A stretch of DNA of 64,000 nucleotides from positions 8,618,001 to 8,682,000 of the forward strand of contig OU015569.1 in assembly GCA_907165135.1 (NCBI GenBank). Reading direction: 5' to 3'. Below, one piece after another: positions 50,522-64,000 of the stretch; position 1 is the first letter of the stretch; every line of letters starts with the position of its first letter. Under the pieces are notes generated by a model that did no database searches, was not told the DNA's origin, and saw nothing but the letters and a program-made list of their open reading frames with translations. The position numbers were made by a program, and so were the translations under genes. The DNA is from Oikopleura dioica. Taxonomy: Eukaryota > Animalia > Chordata.

Positions 50522-51287
50522 CGTTCTTGTTACCCAGGTCGTCTTCCAGCTGAATAGTTCCGTTTGCGCTTGTCCTTCCGTAACAAGATAATTTGGCGAA
50601 AGGTACGACAAAAATCAATCTCGATTAGAGCAATCCTACCTCTATTCTTTCGCTTTTACGCGCTCAAATCTGCTTCATAGAAAGAGAGCTTTTCCTCGAA
50701 TATGGGCTAGCGACAAATATATCTGGCGCGATTTCTAGGGCGGACTATCTCTCTCTCCCTCTCGCCAGGCTCACGCTCCACCGGTCCCAAAAAGCCGACT
50801 CACGAAGAGTAAGATAGTGAGAATCGCACCTTTCACTATCTATCTGGTACACACACGCTCAAAGTTTCAAGTCTAAACCGTCATTACGGAGCGCACAATG
50901 CCGCCATGATTTCCCCCCAGCTTTAGTAAACTGATCATCCGAAAAAATAACGAAATCACGGCCCGGAAACGCCAAGATCAATTAGTTCGAAATGTCATTA
51001 TCGAACTCCTAGTTTCAAATCTCTTTAAAAGACCATGTTCTCACTACTTTAGAAAAAGAATGCTCTGTTTTACCTCTTTTTTTGTAAAAGAACCAATGTT
51101 TATAGATTTCGAGCCAATAAAGGTGTAACTGGTGCTTGATAAGTGCCTCAGTAATCTGTTATCAATCACTCTTTCGTTTATCCTTTGTCCTCTTCCTCTC
51201 AATCTTGCTCGTAAATTGCCAAAAATGTTCTTTACGCTCTTTCGAAAAATGTGATTTTTGATTAATGATATTTGAGGATTTTGAGAT

Positions 51288-54200
51288 TTGGATGATGAGA
51301 TTATTGGAGGAAAAATAGTTCACGTGAAGTACCCCATCACCCACCGAGTGCCCATTCTTAGATATTTGCTTAGCCAATTCGCCGCTTTTTTGCTTTTCCC
51401 CTTATCGAAGCCGTTTGCTTGGCCAAGTTTTTTTTGGGTTAGCTCCATTTCAGAAAGAAAAACAAATACTCTCAGGCTGAGAATCGTAAATCCTGCAATT
51501 TAGAATTCAATACTTTTTCTATTCAAAGCTTTTCTTTCGATGATTTTAGGGCAACAAATCATTCATTCACAAACACTGCTCCTGCCCTTCAATATTTCCA
51601 GAAGAGCCGTATTCTGTTCGCATCTTCTTCAACAAACATGTGTATGGTAGTTGAGGCAGAAAACGCGAGACGAGCAGAAGAATCCGAGGATCAACTAACT
51701 CATTTATTGAGAGGATAAAATATGGAATTGCCGCAAATTCAAGAAAAATGTCCTTATCCACCTCCAGTTTCTATCGCCAGTATGTCTATGAATACAAACG
51801 CGACAATACCGGAGTATGAAAAATGCAATAAGTGGACATCGATTGTCCAATTCCCTGGCCTACATGCCCCTCAGTAAGCCTTAGTAAAACTTTTTGCAAA
51901 ACAAAATATTCAGTCGAGGAAATGAGGTTTGTAAAAAGTACTCAAACTGTCTTTGCAAAGATGAGCAAGTCTGGGACCTCCCAACGACATCAAACAGTGA
52001 AATATGGAAGTTAAAGTTGCGTAACAGGCTTCTCAATCGCTGCTTGAAGAGACAAGAACCTTGGTCAAATGAAGCAGATCAATGGGTTAGATTCCGTTTC
52101 ATATTAGATATTGGCTACTGGTATAAAAACGATCTTGACTCGAATCCGTCGAGGCAATCTCCCTTCGGATATGCAACCATAGATATGAGTTCAAGTGATG
52201 GCTGCAATCCAATGTGGGGGCCCATTCGGGAAATTTAAGTACAACTGACGCCAATAAATTGATATGCAGCAGAAATGGTGATTTTGATTACGACGATTTT
52301 GAGTTCGCTGACATGCCAAACGAAGCATGGGATCCCCGGCTTACTCTAGACGATCAAATTACTGCTATTGATAAGATATGTTTCAATCATTTTTCATCGA
52401 AGTGGACACGGCAACCGCAAGACTACAACATCTCTCTTCCATTTATGCTGGAATTCGACGATTTCGTCCAGTTGTTTTTAACGGAATTCGACGATGCGAT
52501 AGACGCAGTTATTCCCTTTTTAAATCTTGACGAAGATAACTATTTTTTGACTTCTGTGGCGAAAAAGCCCAATATAAATTTCCTCAAAGAAAGTACTCAA
52601 ACAAGGAAGTACCTTATTGAGTACGAAAAAACGCCTTTCTTCTGGGAAACTTACTTTTGGTCGTCAGATATAATTTGTAGGGAACGAAGCCGAAAACTGA
52701 GACATTATTTGGGAATACCATTACTCGACATAGGATATGTCGTGAACCTAGAAGGAAACTGTTATGAATAGCTATTGACATTAAATATCAGTGATAGAGG
52801 TCCTGTACTAGGACTCTTAGTAGAAGATTTTTATTTTAAATTTGATGCCATTACTAGGAATAACGTTTGTAAAGGGAGTCCTATTGTTTCGAATGGCCTT
52901 GGCTCTCCAGTCAATGAAATGGTAATTATGCAAGAAACTAAATTGCTGAGAAGGAATTCAGGTACTTCTATCTCTGGTAATAATGCTTCCGCTTCTTGTA
53001 TTAATGGCGATTACTGCGGCTTATTTTTTGCGGAAGAAGACTGAGACAGTCGTAGACCGACGCAGAGCTAACAATAGAGCGACCAATAATACCGAGATCG
53101 TCGACTTTGATGCTGTTTTTGCAGCTATTCCAGCAATAGAAATGGTAAGGAAAAGAACTTAACTAGCTTGATACGATTTCATCTAGCCACCGATGCGGCG
53201 ACGAGTTTGACAATTGGAAGGGAAAATATATATGTACAATCTTAAAGTTCAATAAAGCGTAAAATCATAGCAACCTTTCTTCTGCTCTATTCCTTGAAAC
53301 AAGAGAAATAATTTTGACTGAATAAATGTGCCTAAAAAAGCTCGATAGATGTCACAAGGCATTGATTGACAATTCAAGTAAGAGTTTTTAGAAAAGCAAG
53401 ATTTATAAATCCAAATAACTAAGCGTGAACCTAAAAAAAAAATAATAAAAATTTTAAAGCAAATTACGAGAAGTTATCCGAGATCTGCGGCTTTTCATCC
53501 CCATCCCAATTCCCTCCGGAAGAGAGAAACGAGGACGAAGGGTGTAGCAAGAAATATTCGCCTGTGATTCTTGTCGATCAAACGCGCTCAAGAGAGTAAT
53601 TCCTTCTTCTTTTAAAATAATCCTGAATGCCTTACAGATTTGCGGAACTTTATTGCAATCAATACGCTAATCCGGAATGCGTAAGCGAAGTTGGAACCAG
53701 GAACGAAACATGGACGTTACCAATACTTCCTCCTGAGGAGCTATGGGACTTATCTGTAGGAAAATTTCTCATGAAGGAAATGATCTCACGCGAAAAAGAG
53801 TCCAACGATACGATTGACCCGAAGAGAAACGACACGTGTACCCTAACGTCGTTGATGATAAAGGATAAATCAATAGGCACGGTTATTTACAGTCACGTAT
53901 CTTAGATACCGTATATCATACACGGTATGTGGAATACGGTATTTCAGATGTCACATCTGTCACAGAGGCTCCGAGACTACGGGCGGATAAGTTCACCATT
54001 AATTTTTGTGAACCTACTTTGCACCCGGCACTGACTACTCTAGTGGTAGACATAATTCGATAACCGATTTGAGAATATTCAAAAATATTCGAATGTTGTG
54101 GCAAGTATAAGGCTGAAGATCCCCAAGCCTCTGAAAATAATCTATCTAACAACACCGATGAATATTTTCCAATCTTGAAATCAATGCTTTGGCTTAGTGA

Positions 54201-55318
54201 TGTCTATGCTGAATGCCGAGCTGGATTTTCATTCCTGTGTATGAAAAGCAGCGAGGATATTTTGGACTCATCGAAAATTAAAGAACTACTATATGGTGGT
54301 AATATATCTCAGAGCTCTGGGAAAGGATTGAAACACCAACGTAAAGTTATAAACTAGTCGAAAGTTTTTTCAATCACGGACCAGAGAAGAATTAAAAGAA
54401 GCATTGGAAAACCAATGCAAGGAAGAAAATTACGAGTTGCCCATTTTCTACAAGAACAGTACCGGTATTGACAAAGTAGAGAAGTCTCAAGCAGAATCTA
54501 GTCCGACAACACCTTCCATTACAGCTGAGTCCAACAGCCCGATTAATTATATTATGACGTTCTTGAGAATGAACAAAGGAACTGGCAAGCAAAAATATAT
54601 ACGTTGATTTCTTGGCGATGGAAACTATGCGAGTTTATTTTTCTTGAGCCATCTTAAAGTGCCGGTGGGATATAGATTTCCTATAATACCGGATCTTGAA
54701 GAAAAGAAAACAAGCAATTTTTTGATAGAAATAAGGAAAATGACGATAGGATCTGATGCGTTGAATGTACCGCTGATTGTTGACCAGTAAGAATAGAAAA
54801 ATTCCATTTCTGAATTAATATTTATTAGACAAGAAACTGCTTCAAAATTTCTATGCGTGAACCACCATCAATTAAAAGAGATGAGCAACTTGAATTCATT
54901 CATCGTCTCAGCGACTAACCCCGTAGGTGGTGGAATGCTGGACAGTAATAAAGTCAAGAGTTGGGATACTCTTACTGGATCTGTATGTCTTTAGTTTTGA
55001 ACTTGTAGTGACTAACCAAATTTAAGCAATTGACCATGCTAATTATTCTTTTGCCATTCCTCTGTATCGTCTTGATAGGTAACTCTTACGCGATCCAGTA
55101 GATTATTTTTTTATTCAGTCGGATTTCTACGATGTCGTTCGAAAACGAACACGAGGGTCATTGTGCGTCGAACAAATAACAGATCTGCCTTAAACAGGTA
55201 AAAAGCTCACAAATTCAGTGTCTTACAGTTGAGCGAATACTCTAGCACCGCCACGGAAATCATCGACCTCGACGACCCCTTTCCAAACATTGACGTCGTG
55301 CAAATGGTTGGTCATTAA
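51288..55318 (+). CDS. Uncharacterised fragmented coding region (possible large glycoprotein gene or decayed gene)
   Basis: A run of same-strand ORFs (51288, 51894, 52214, 52775, 53627, 54175, 54404) has protein-like composition, many N-x-S/T sequons and Cys. Some joins need frameshifts or stop removal. No family recognised. Confidence 0.35.
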
Positions 55319-55479
55319 AACACTTTAAATAATGTAATCACTGAATGTTGAAGCCCCCCATGAGAAGACGACTTTAGAAAGAAAAAAATCCTCAAAGAAG
55401 AAAAGAATAAAATGTAAATCGTAATCGTGAAAGTCTTTTCGTGCTATTATCAAAATCTAATACTGTTATGATAAAGAAT

Positions 55480-58400
55480 CTAACCGGAGCTTATTTTTCG
55501 ATTACACCTGTTGATCGCTTTCGAAAACTTGTTTAACTTCCCTTCGAATCGTTGAAAAATCTTGCCATAGCTAGAAGTTTCCGGCCTAGACGAGAAACTC
55601 GCTCTCGGGCAGGTTTGTAGCGCCCTCGAGGATATGAGATGATTATATTTTCCTAAAATGGAACAACGGGAAGCCGCAATCAGCAGCGCCCTCCCCAAAA
55701 CATTTGCTCGCAACAAAGTATAAATACGACAGAGATTGCATTCGATAGTCACTCTTTCTCGATAGGAGAAAACAAGAACAAACTAAGCACAGCAGAAAAA
55801 TGAGAATTATTTTTTTCTTCATCACAGCAGTCTCAGCATTCACAGCTAGCGGGTACCACCGACTGATGAAAGAATCCAGAACATTTAAACCAGCCAGCCC
55901 GAGAAGGCGCAGCTCGATAAGTCCAGCCGAACTTCAGACGATACAAATCAGAAGATCAAGAGTTTTGTCCTTTCTTTGAATAGCGATTTCGCTTTCAACA
56001 CAAAATCTTACTTGTAAATTATTTCCTTTCGAAAAAATATACGACCTTTCTCAATCGATTCTTGTGTTTCTGTTTAAGATCCGCATTCTCAAAAAATCAA
56101 GGATAGAAACTTACGAGCTGTTGTTGTCGTCACTTGAGTAGTCGTTGTTGTTGTCTGGGTTGTGGTCGTTGTTGCATTCGGATCGGCCGTAGTCGTCGTG
56201 GCTTCTGGTGCCAATGGAAACTCGATTGAATTGGTTGTGACGAAGCTTTTCCGAGTTTGTTTCTGCCGTTAAATCAACTACCAACAATATTATATCGTCC
56301 ATATGATATGAACTATATCAAACGTCATTAAGAATATCCAAACACGTTCCCTGTCGAACTCAATTCCCTCTGTAAGAGCATTAGAATTTAATCCAACGAC
56401 AGTATTAGCAGTGGCAGAGAACTCGTCTGTGAAGAAAAATGTTGCAGCAACTACGTAATTGGCCCCTACTAGAGTTCGACTGTTTACGGGCTCTTTTTCC
56501 ATTCTCATAAAGATTGGTGGAAACGGTAAAGGCCCGTTCCTGTGATGCCTGACGCCGCCAATTTGTGAAATAATCGTGGTAATTTCCACGCGTTCCACAT
56601 CTGGATTAAGCGACTTTTACATGATCAATTTTATGCACTTATACATGCTTTAAAGTTTAAACTGATCGAAAAGATCTAAACCATTTCCTGGGCAGATAGG
56701 AGGAGAATATTCTCCCAAATAGACCATGTAGATGGGTCGGCTATGCTTACTCCATCAGGCAAAGTTGATTCAGGGAGAAGTGAATTCAGCGGAGCAAGCG
56801 GCGCTGCTGTCGTTGTGGGTTCTTCTGTCGTTGTAGTTCCACCTGTGATTAGGGTACCCTTTGCTTTCGCAATTTTTATAGCGGCCATAATGATTTATAT
56901 TTAATAATGACATCACGAGCTTTGAGTTACATCATTGAGTATTCCCTTACTTGCCCATAGCAATTACTTCTTAGCATATCCGAAGGTTGACAAAAAGACG
57001 TGTCGGTGCTGTATTTTCGATGAAGGGCATCCTGGAAGGCAATTATGCCAATTTTATTGCAATATATTCTTATAGGCATCGAAGAACTGTATATATCTCT
57101 GTTTATATTACCTCGACGGCGTTATTAAACTCAGAACATCCAGGATTCTTCGTGAACGTTTTCTCGAAAAGCATCCAGTACTCGTTACCTGCGAGATCTG
57201 ACCCACAGTTTTGAGAGCCACCAACATATCTTCCAAACACCATCGAGTAAACGCCGTTGCTATACCAAGGTCTCTGGAACTCTTCTTCGAGACCCATAAA
57301 TCGCATTCCGGGGAAATCAACAGCGAAATCGCCCCAACCGACAATATCGAAAGTCTTTCGTTACGTTATCTTTACGTCGCCCATAAATTACCCGGCATTG
57401 AATGTCATAATGGACAAAATGTCTAGTCCGTTCCGAATGAATCATATTCCTCTGTTCTTGGGAAATTATTCTTCCAAAGAAAACGAATAAAAACGAGCTC
57501 TTATTTTGAGAGTAACGCATTCCTTATCGCAGCAACCGTTGTAAGGCATGCACATGTTCCCTTCGTCAGAGTGGTCAAGGCAATCCTGCATTGTGATCAA
57601 AAATTGAACTCACTTTTTAGAAGGGTTTAAATTATTAATTCTCTTTTTATGATCCCATTCCTTGTATCCGTCGCAGATTCGATCGCCTAGAAGCGGATGG
57701 CCATTATTACAAGCAGTAAATCGTGCTGTCTTCATGGCTTCGCAGGAATCTGGATAGATATGAGCTAGCTTTCGATTCAGTTGTCCAACTGTGACACAAG
57801 CAATCTGATAGGAAATTATTGAATTAATCAGTAAGAATTTTCCAGATGTCTTCCTTTTACTGTCTCTTACGTAAAGTTAAATTTCGACAACCATATCCTG
57901 GTGCATATCAATGCTAGAAGCTCTTTCTCTCTGCGCATCGAACGGTTGGTCTGCCATATCAGTCATGGCATAGAGACCAGCCTGCTGAGCTTCAAGTGTT
58001 CTAAAGAAAGTAGAGCCGTAATGCATGACGGACGCTATGTCGTAAGGCGAACCCACATTCGCCCAAAGGCTCCAAGGCAACTTGTCGTAGTTGATCTCGT
58101 ATTCGTCAATGATATTCTCCGGAAAAACCTTCACGTAGTCGTCTCGATCTGCTCGAGTGTGCTCGTGGTAGAAGCCCAAAGCGTGCAAAAACTCGTGTTG
58201 GATCGTACCTTTGAATAGTATAGGATATCAACCTTCCTTACTCAAGAATATTGTAACAGCCACACTCGTTTTCTAGCGCACCTTTAATTAGACAATCAGG
58301 ACCTAAGTTGAGATCTTGAGCTCCATTGACAACATGCCCAACATATGACCAGCAACCAGTGTCGTGCGACCAATTTTCATCATATTGCCGGACGTTAATG

Positions 58401-59340
58401 TGGTCTTCAAAAGGGAACTAAACCGATTCCATGATTATGAATATGATCAGTTCCAAAAGTACGGTTCCAATTAAATCCCTTGTCTGCGTATTTTTGTGTC
58501 TCAGAGTCGTCGTAAAATTGAATGCACCCTCCAAGATAGGTTGACATTTCTTCGATCGATTCCGTGACCAGATTCATCGTAACATTAGTAAAGTGATCTC
58601 GTGCAAATCTGTAAGGGATAAATAGTTCTGAACCGGATGGTGTATAGTTCTCTGGATTCGTCCATCTTTATTGCGTTTTATAAGCTTCGGTATTTTTTTT
58701 TACTCGGATGCTGATAGTCAAGATGATAGAGAAATCAGCTTCTAGTGGAATTCTATTTGTCCGGCTCTTCGAATTAATTAAAGATGTGGAAACAAAAATC
58801 AAATCTAGGTAATAAAACGTGTCCTTGGAGTCTCCGACTCGATAGCTAAATCTCTGGCGCTGGGACCATGCAGTTTCCAATCAATCTGCGTCCAGTCGAT
58901 TCTACTGCCTGACTCTAGAATTTGCTTTGCCTGTGCAGGAGCATAGCGGGGGCATTTGAAGTCAGCATTGCCGATCGCGGTTTTCTACATTAATTCAATC
59001 TTTCCACAGTTTTCAGGCTGTTTCAAGGGTACCTGTGTTTCTTCTAGCTGTGCTCCAAAAAACTTAAGAGCAGCGGTGGCCCAACTCATTTTCTCTATAT
59101 CGAGGAAATGTTCGCCCCTGCAAAAGACGAAAGAAACTATCGCTCACGATAAAAATCACCGAAGCTCCGTGAAGCCTTACGATAATCTAAGTGAGTGAAA
59201 TATGGAACGTCTTGTTGTCAGTTTTGAGCTCATGAGCACTCTGAGATTCTCGAGAAATTTCTAATGGGTATGACCTAAGAGATTCGCTCGAACGTATTTC
59301 TACATTATTTATATTTCCGCGCCAATACCAAACTGGTAAA
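55480..59340 (-). CDS. Astacin-family (M12A) metalloprotease with LDLa module and Thr-rich mucin-like C-terminal region; both ends uncertain
   Basis: KRWTNP, GCIQF, DTGCWSYVG, TIQHEFLHALGFYHEHTRADRDDYV (HExxHxxGxxHE), YDIASVMHY Met-turn, then CNNG...RICDGYK|DCLDHSDE (LDLa) and TTTTEEPTTT / EATTTTADPNATTTTT repeats. Confidence 0.85.
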
Positions 59341-59590
59341 TAGATTTTATATCATATTAATAATATTTATAATAAAATACTGAGAAGTAATATTATCCCA
59401 AAAGAAGTGACATGCGCACGAGCGCCATCTACTATTGGCGCGTAAAATGAAATTGACCTGGCGGGCGCCAAACTCGCGCAGTGTTGAGTTGCTCGAGCCT
59501 TTAATTGTGATTAAAATACTCCTTGACTAATTGACCTACTGTTTAATAATCAACAGATAATAGAAACAAAAACAGAACAAATACTTGAGA

Positions 59591-62120
59591 ATGTTTTTCA
59601 CTTTTCTTTTCTGCTATCAAGCATATTTGGAGACGCGCGGACTAGAGATAAATTCAAAAACGATCACATCTGGAGAAGATACAGGTAGCACTGACTGCGT
59701 TCCTTCCCTAAATGATTTAGGAAAATACGAAATGAGCAAGGGAATCTAATGGACGAAATCGACAAGCTAGAACAGCGCATCGCCGACTTAGAGAAAAACC
59801 AGGTTTAAATTATCTAAAATGCTCGAGTGCATCAATATTCGTTGATAGTCGATTTTCGGCAGAGTTACTAAAGGTTTATTTAGTTACGATTAGACGGACT
59901 GGAGAGAGGTCGGCTAATTCAGGACGAGGAAGTATACAACCTCACACAAAGGATGAATAGGAACGCGGTTCGGAGCCTGAATGCACCTGAATAGGCGGGC
60001 AATTGCTTTTGAACCGCGGTAAAGATTAGAAGAAACCCTTTTCGGGAAAACTAACACTCTCCAAAACAAGGCTCACAATCAATCAAAACAGAACATTTCA
60101 CAGCAAAACGTTCAAATCATCGCTCAGCCCGCTGTTCGTCCTCGTCGAACTTCTCAAAAAGTCAAACTGATCGTCGCAGGGGGTCTTTTCCAGGTAAATT
60201 GTAAAATGGCTCTAATTTGTAAAACTCATTTCAGAATGGATACAAAGATGGAAAACCTCAATGGGATTGGCGCGATGATTCCCTAACTCTAAATTACTCC
60301 GGCAACAAAATAACAAGTAAGTTCCAATGGAAAATGAAAATTTGTATGCGCTCGATTTTGTTGTCATTTTTATTAGAAGTAATTGCCTCTCTGATCTAGG
60401 CAATCTCACTGAAAATATGGCCTTTTGAGCGGGGATGGCTTCCGTTTTGGCTGCTAATCGCAAGATCAAAATGAATTTTTCACTGACCGTTTATTCTAAG
60501 TCGACTTTTGGATTGAAATTGCGAGCAATTTTGTGTTAAGGGTGTGGTTTTTGAAAAGGCAATCGCAATGACGTGTATTGGGCACCATTAAAATTTGTTT
60601 TCAAAATACGATTTGATATTGGAATTCGTTTTCGCGAATCTCATAAACGCCAGCGTGAATTTTTTAATGACCGTGATTTTAGGGTCTCGCAGGCTCATCA
60701 CTTTAGATTAGAAAATTATATGGCGCTGGTCCTAATGTCAATTTCAGTGGAAAGCCAAAAGCTAATGTCGAGTAGACACAGCCAAATGTGCGGCGTTCTA
60801 TACGAAGATCACTTTCACATCATCGGCGGAAACACTGAGAAGGGACCTACGGGCGATCACTTGGTAAGTTCTATAGAAAGGAGCTGCTCTTGAGGATATT
60901 GTGTATTTGACCTTTGCAATATTGGTTAGCAGGTGCTAATTGATTTAGCACCTCGACTGGTATGAAGCAAGCGTCGGTGGAATGCTAAGCAGGCGACAGC
61001 TGGAATGTGCATCCATCTCCCCGACAGCGAGAATTTCTCTTCTTTTAGACATTTTTTCACGCCACAAAAATTTTCGCTTGCGCCGCCAAATTTTCACTAA
61101 TTAGTATCCTTCTCCATCAATGAGAGCGGCTAATATACGATTCAGCGCTACCACCATGGCGGCTGGATTCGCGATGTCGGGCTGTCACGAGCGCGGTACG
61201 GTGCATTCTGTGGCGTTTTCCGCGGACGCATTTGGACATGTACCGGAAGGAAAGGTCGAAATTATCAACCACAGTGACACGTGACAGTTCGTTGATAATC
61301 TCATGCCAAGTTCGCTCGACAACAATGGCGAGAAGGTACTTTACAAAAGCTGTGACTCCTGGGCACAAGGCGACACACACTGGGTTGCAGGGACCGCGTT
61401 TGAACTCCTAAATAGAGGCCGTTTATTGTGTATAAAGCAAATTTTAATAATAAAATTGGACGACCCTGAAATTTTCGGTCACGGTTCTGCCCAATAATAG
61501 TCGCCTGTTTTGGTGTTGGTGCTCACCAATGCGGCCCTAGACAAACAGGTCAAGTGTTCCCAGGCGGGTAACATCAAACGCCTAGAGCACCCTCACACTT
61601 CGACGGAAATCACTTTTTCTTTCGTCAAATGTAAATCAACAATTTTCAAACGGAAAAAGAAAGCGACGCCCCCAACTATAGACTCTACGCAGCGTCCGCT
61701 GTCACTCCGACTGGACTCTTTCTCATCGGCGGAAATGTTGAATCTCTCGACGACCCGGACACGGTCCACTTCATGCATATAACCAAGCAGCCCGCGGACT
61801 TTTGGCATCGCGGACCTGAGCCGGAGATAAATCGTGGAATCGCAAGCGCCACCGCTGTCGTACTTGACATTGACATCTATCTTGTTGGCGGCTATGATCA
61901 AGTTACAAAAGAGTAGACTGCTGCTTTAAGATGACGCAATAAAAATTTTTTCAGGATAAAAAGAGAAATCATGATGCTTGAGCACAATCACGTACCCATT
62001 AAATCGAAATGGAAAGTTGTTGGCCACCTTAATTACCCAAGACATGGCTTGAATGCTCTCCCTGTCGCTCGTACGAAGTTCGCAGTTATCGGAGGGCACA
62101 GTAATTCCACAGGTTCACTA
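59591..62120 (+). CDS. Probable secreted coiled-coil + kelch-like beta-propeller protein, many small exons, with apparent frameshifts
   Basis: Coiled coil LMDEIDKLEQRIADLEKNQ. Blades: KLIVAGG, CGVLYEDHFHIIGG, LSRARYGAFCGVFRGRIW, RLYAASAVTPTGLFLIGG, WHRGPEP...AVVLDIDIYLVGGYD and WKVVGHLNYPRHG...FAVIGG. Confidence 0.6.
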
Positions 62121-62820
62121 TGTAATGCTTTCTTATATCTAACGCCTTTATAAGAGCTGCCGTTTATCAGCGTCTTTGATGCAAGCAATCCTAGTTCGAT
62201 TTCCAACTCAAATACATCAATACGAGTTCGATCAAGTGCTGCAGCAGCGTGTCCTACACGATTTTTTGCAGCAGCAGCGAGGATACCATCCCATAAAAGG
62301 TACTTATCTTTAAACTTTTTGAAAAAAACTTAGAAATCAAGCGCTCCATAACGATGCTATGCATGAGTCCAGACAAGACACCTAAATCTGCCTTCCTAAA
62401 CGTTCAACAATCTACCTCATTTCCCAAGAAAAAACAAAACAAAAAACGGATGACCCAAAAATGAAGCAACTGATCTCAAAACTATGACAGAAGAAAAAAA
62501 CAAGTCGAATACCAAGAAATGATGCTATTTATTATTGAGTTTAACTTGTCACAATAAAAATTGCTTTACATGATCAAACTCTTCTCAAACATTGTCTATG
62601 AGATGCCCTATCAGTATAAAAGGAGTGGGTATAATTGACCCAGTTGATTGAGGAAAAAGGGTTTCCCGCCTCAGAGACAACTGATTAACACCAGCTGTCT
62701 GTACGCTATCTACACTGTTCCCGTGCCAATTTTTCCCAGTTATTTCAGCCCCTTTAAATTTTTCATTTTCCCATGTCAGAGAGGAGCTTCGATGTGGCCC
62801 GCGTGCGTCCGAAAAATAAA

Positions 62821-63909
62821 ATGTTGTCGACTGTTCTCATCGGTAACAAAATAATTTTCTATCTCTTTAAAATCTCTTAGGATTGCAATCATTGGCTATA
62901 TTTTTTACGATGTGTGCTTTCTTGCTATCCTTAAGCGTTTTTATCATGCCCAACTGGTCAGCTGCATTTCTTGGCCGATCGAAAAAGGTTCAAATCGGTC
63001 TCTGGTCCATTTGTAAGTCTACAGAGCGCTCTACAGACTGCGCGTTCTGGAACAACTTGGAGATCTGGAAGTTTGCGGACACGGATGAACCAGATTACGT
63101 CCTCTACTCGAGGATGTTTCTGCAACTATCGATTATAACCGGCCTCATTGGAAATATCTTCGCAATAGTTGGAAACGGATTGCTTTGTTGTACGCGAAAA
63201 TTCAAAACTACAGTCATAATTCAAGCAGTCGCTTCGCTGTGTCTCTCTGCGAGTGCTATGCTTATTGGAGCTTCGGGGACGGTCTTCCCGATTCTTTTTA
63301 AAGCCCCGACTGCAGATTTACCTAATCAAAAGCAGATAAATCACATTCTGACGAGAGACTACTTCTCTGTTGACCCTCGGTCTCGACCGATTTTTGAACA
63401 CGGACTTGCTCTTTACCTTTGCTGGGCCTCTATGATTATTTACGGTGAGGTTCTTTTTGTCGATAGTTTTTCAAAGTTATTTAGGGATCGGCTGTTCACT
63501 GTACATCTTTATCGCGTGCCTAATTTGCACAGAAAGAAACTCTTCGAAAGTGTTTGTTCGCCCTCTTTCTTATACAACGCTGAACGAAGGCAAGACGCGA
63601 GAACTTCCAGACGAGCCACGTGAACGTGTTTTGATTGCTTCCTCGTCCAACTCTTCATCGGTCAAGGAGACACCAAATAACGATGAAATCAACAACGACT
63701 CTCTCCGAAAAAGCCCACAGAAAGGATCACTACTCAGCAACAGATACTTCCCAAAAGAGAATCAGATACAAACAAGCAATCTGAATAACGACAACGTGAA
63801 TTTCGAAAAATTAAATCGAGCACATACTCTTTCAACAATAAGGAGTAAATCTTTCATGGCAGATGACAATTTCTGCGACTCGATAGCACGGGCCCTTTCT
63901 CTTCGGTAA
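62821..63909 (+). CDS. Claudin / PMP22-family tetraspan junction protein; exons 62821-62842, 62881-63444, 63485-63909
   Basis: Claudin signature W...GLWSIC...C (PNW...QIGLWSICKSTERSTDC), four hydrophobic segments and GLALYLCW. Both GT-AG introns are in phase. Confidence 0.85.
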
Positions 63910-64000
63910 TTTCAAGTTGAAATTTTCAACGATTTTTAATCAAAAGAAAAATGAAAATTCTATTCAGAAAGCAAGAAAATGATTACCATGAAAGTCCTAC

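Overview
Compact eukaryotic genomic DNA, most likely a larvacean tunicate (Oikopleura-like). This is inferred from the many 40-45 nt introns, GA-AG and GC-AG introns, dense gene packing and an env-less Ty3/Gypsy (Tor-like) element. Manually spliced gene models, in order: Dlx homeobox; secreted multi-module GH9 cellulase; UNC-80; pannexin; SLC35D-type transporter; AKNA-like coiled-coil protein; an RNase H1 hybrid-binding-domain/OB-fold-like protein; a membrane-anchored MMP; SLC17A9/VNUT; Pax2/5/8; an orphan fragmented coding region; an astacin-LDLa-mucin protease; a kelch-like protein; a claudin. The MMP catalytic exon is split by an intact 6.5 kb LTR retrotransposon with identical LTRs and a CAAG target-site duplication. 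The most unusual observation is that the gag-pol ORF of this element is bracketed by two related, exactly 43-nt GT-AG modules that look like host mini-introns. Several MITE/foldback elements are present. Several single-base homopolymer frameshifts look like assembly errors. All protein identifications are from recalled family motifs; no database search was run.
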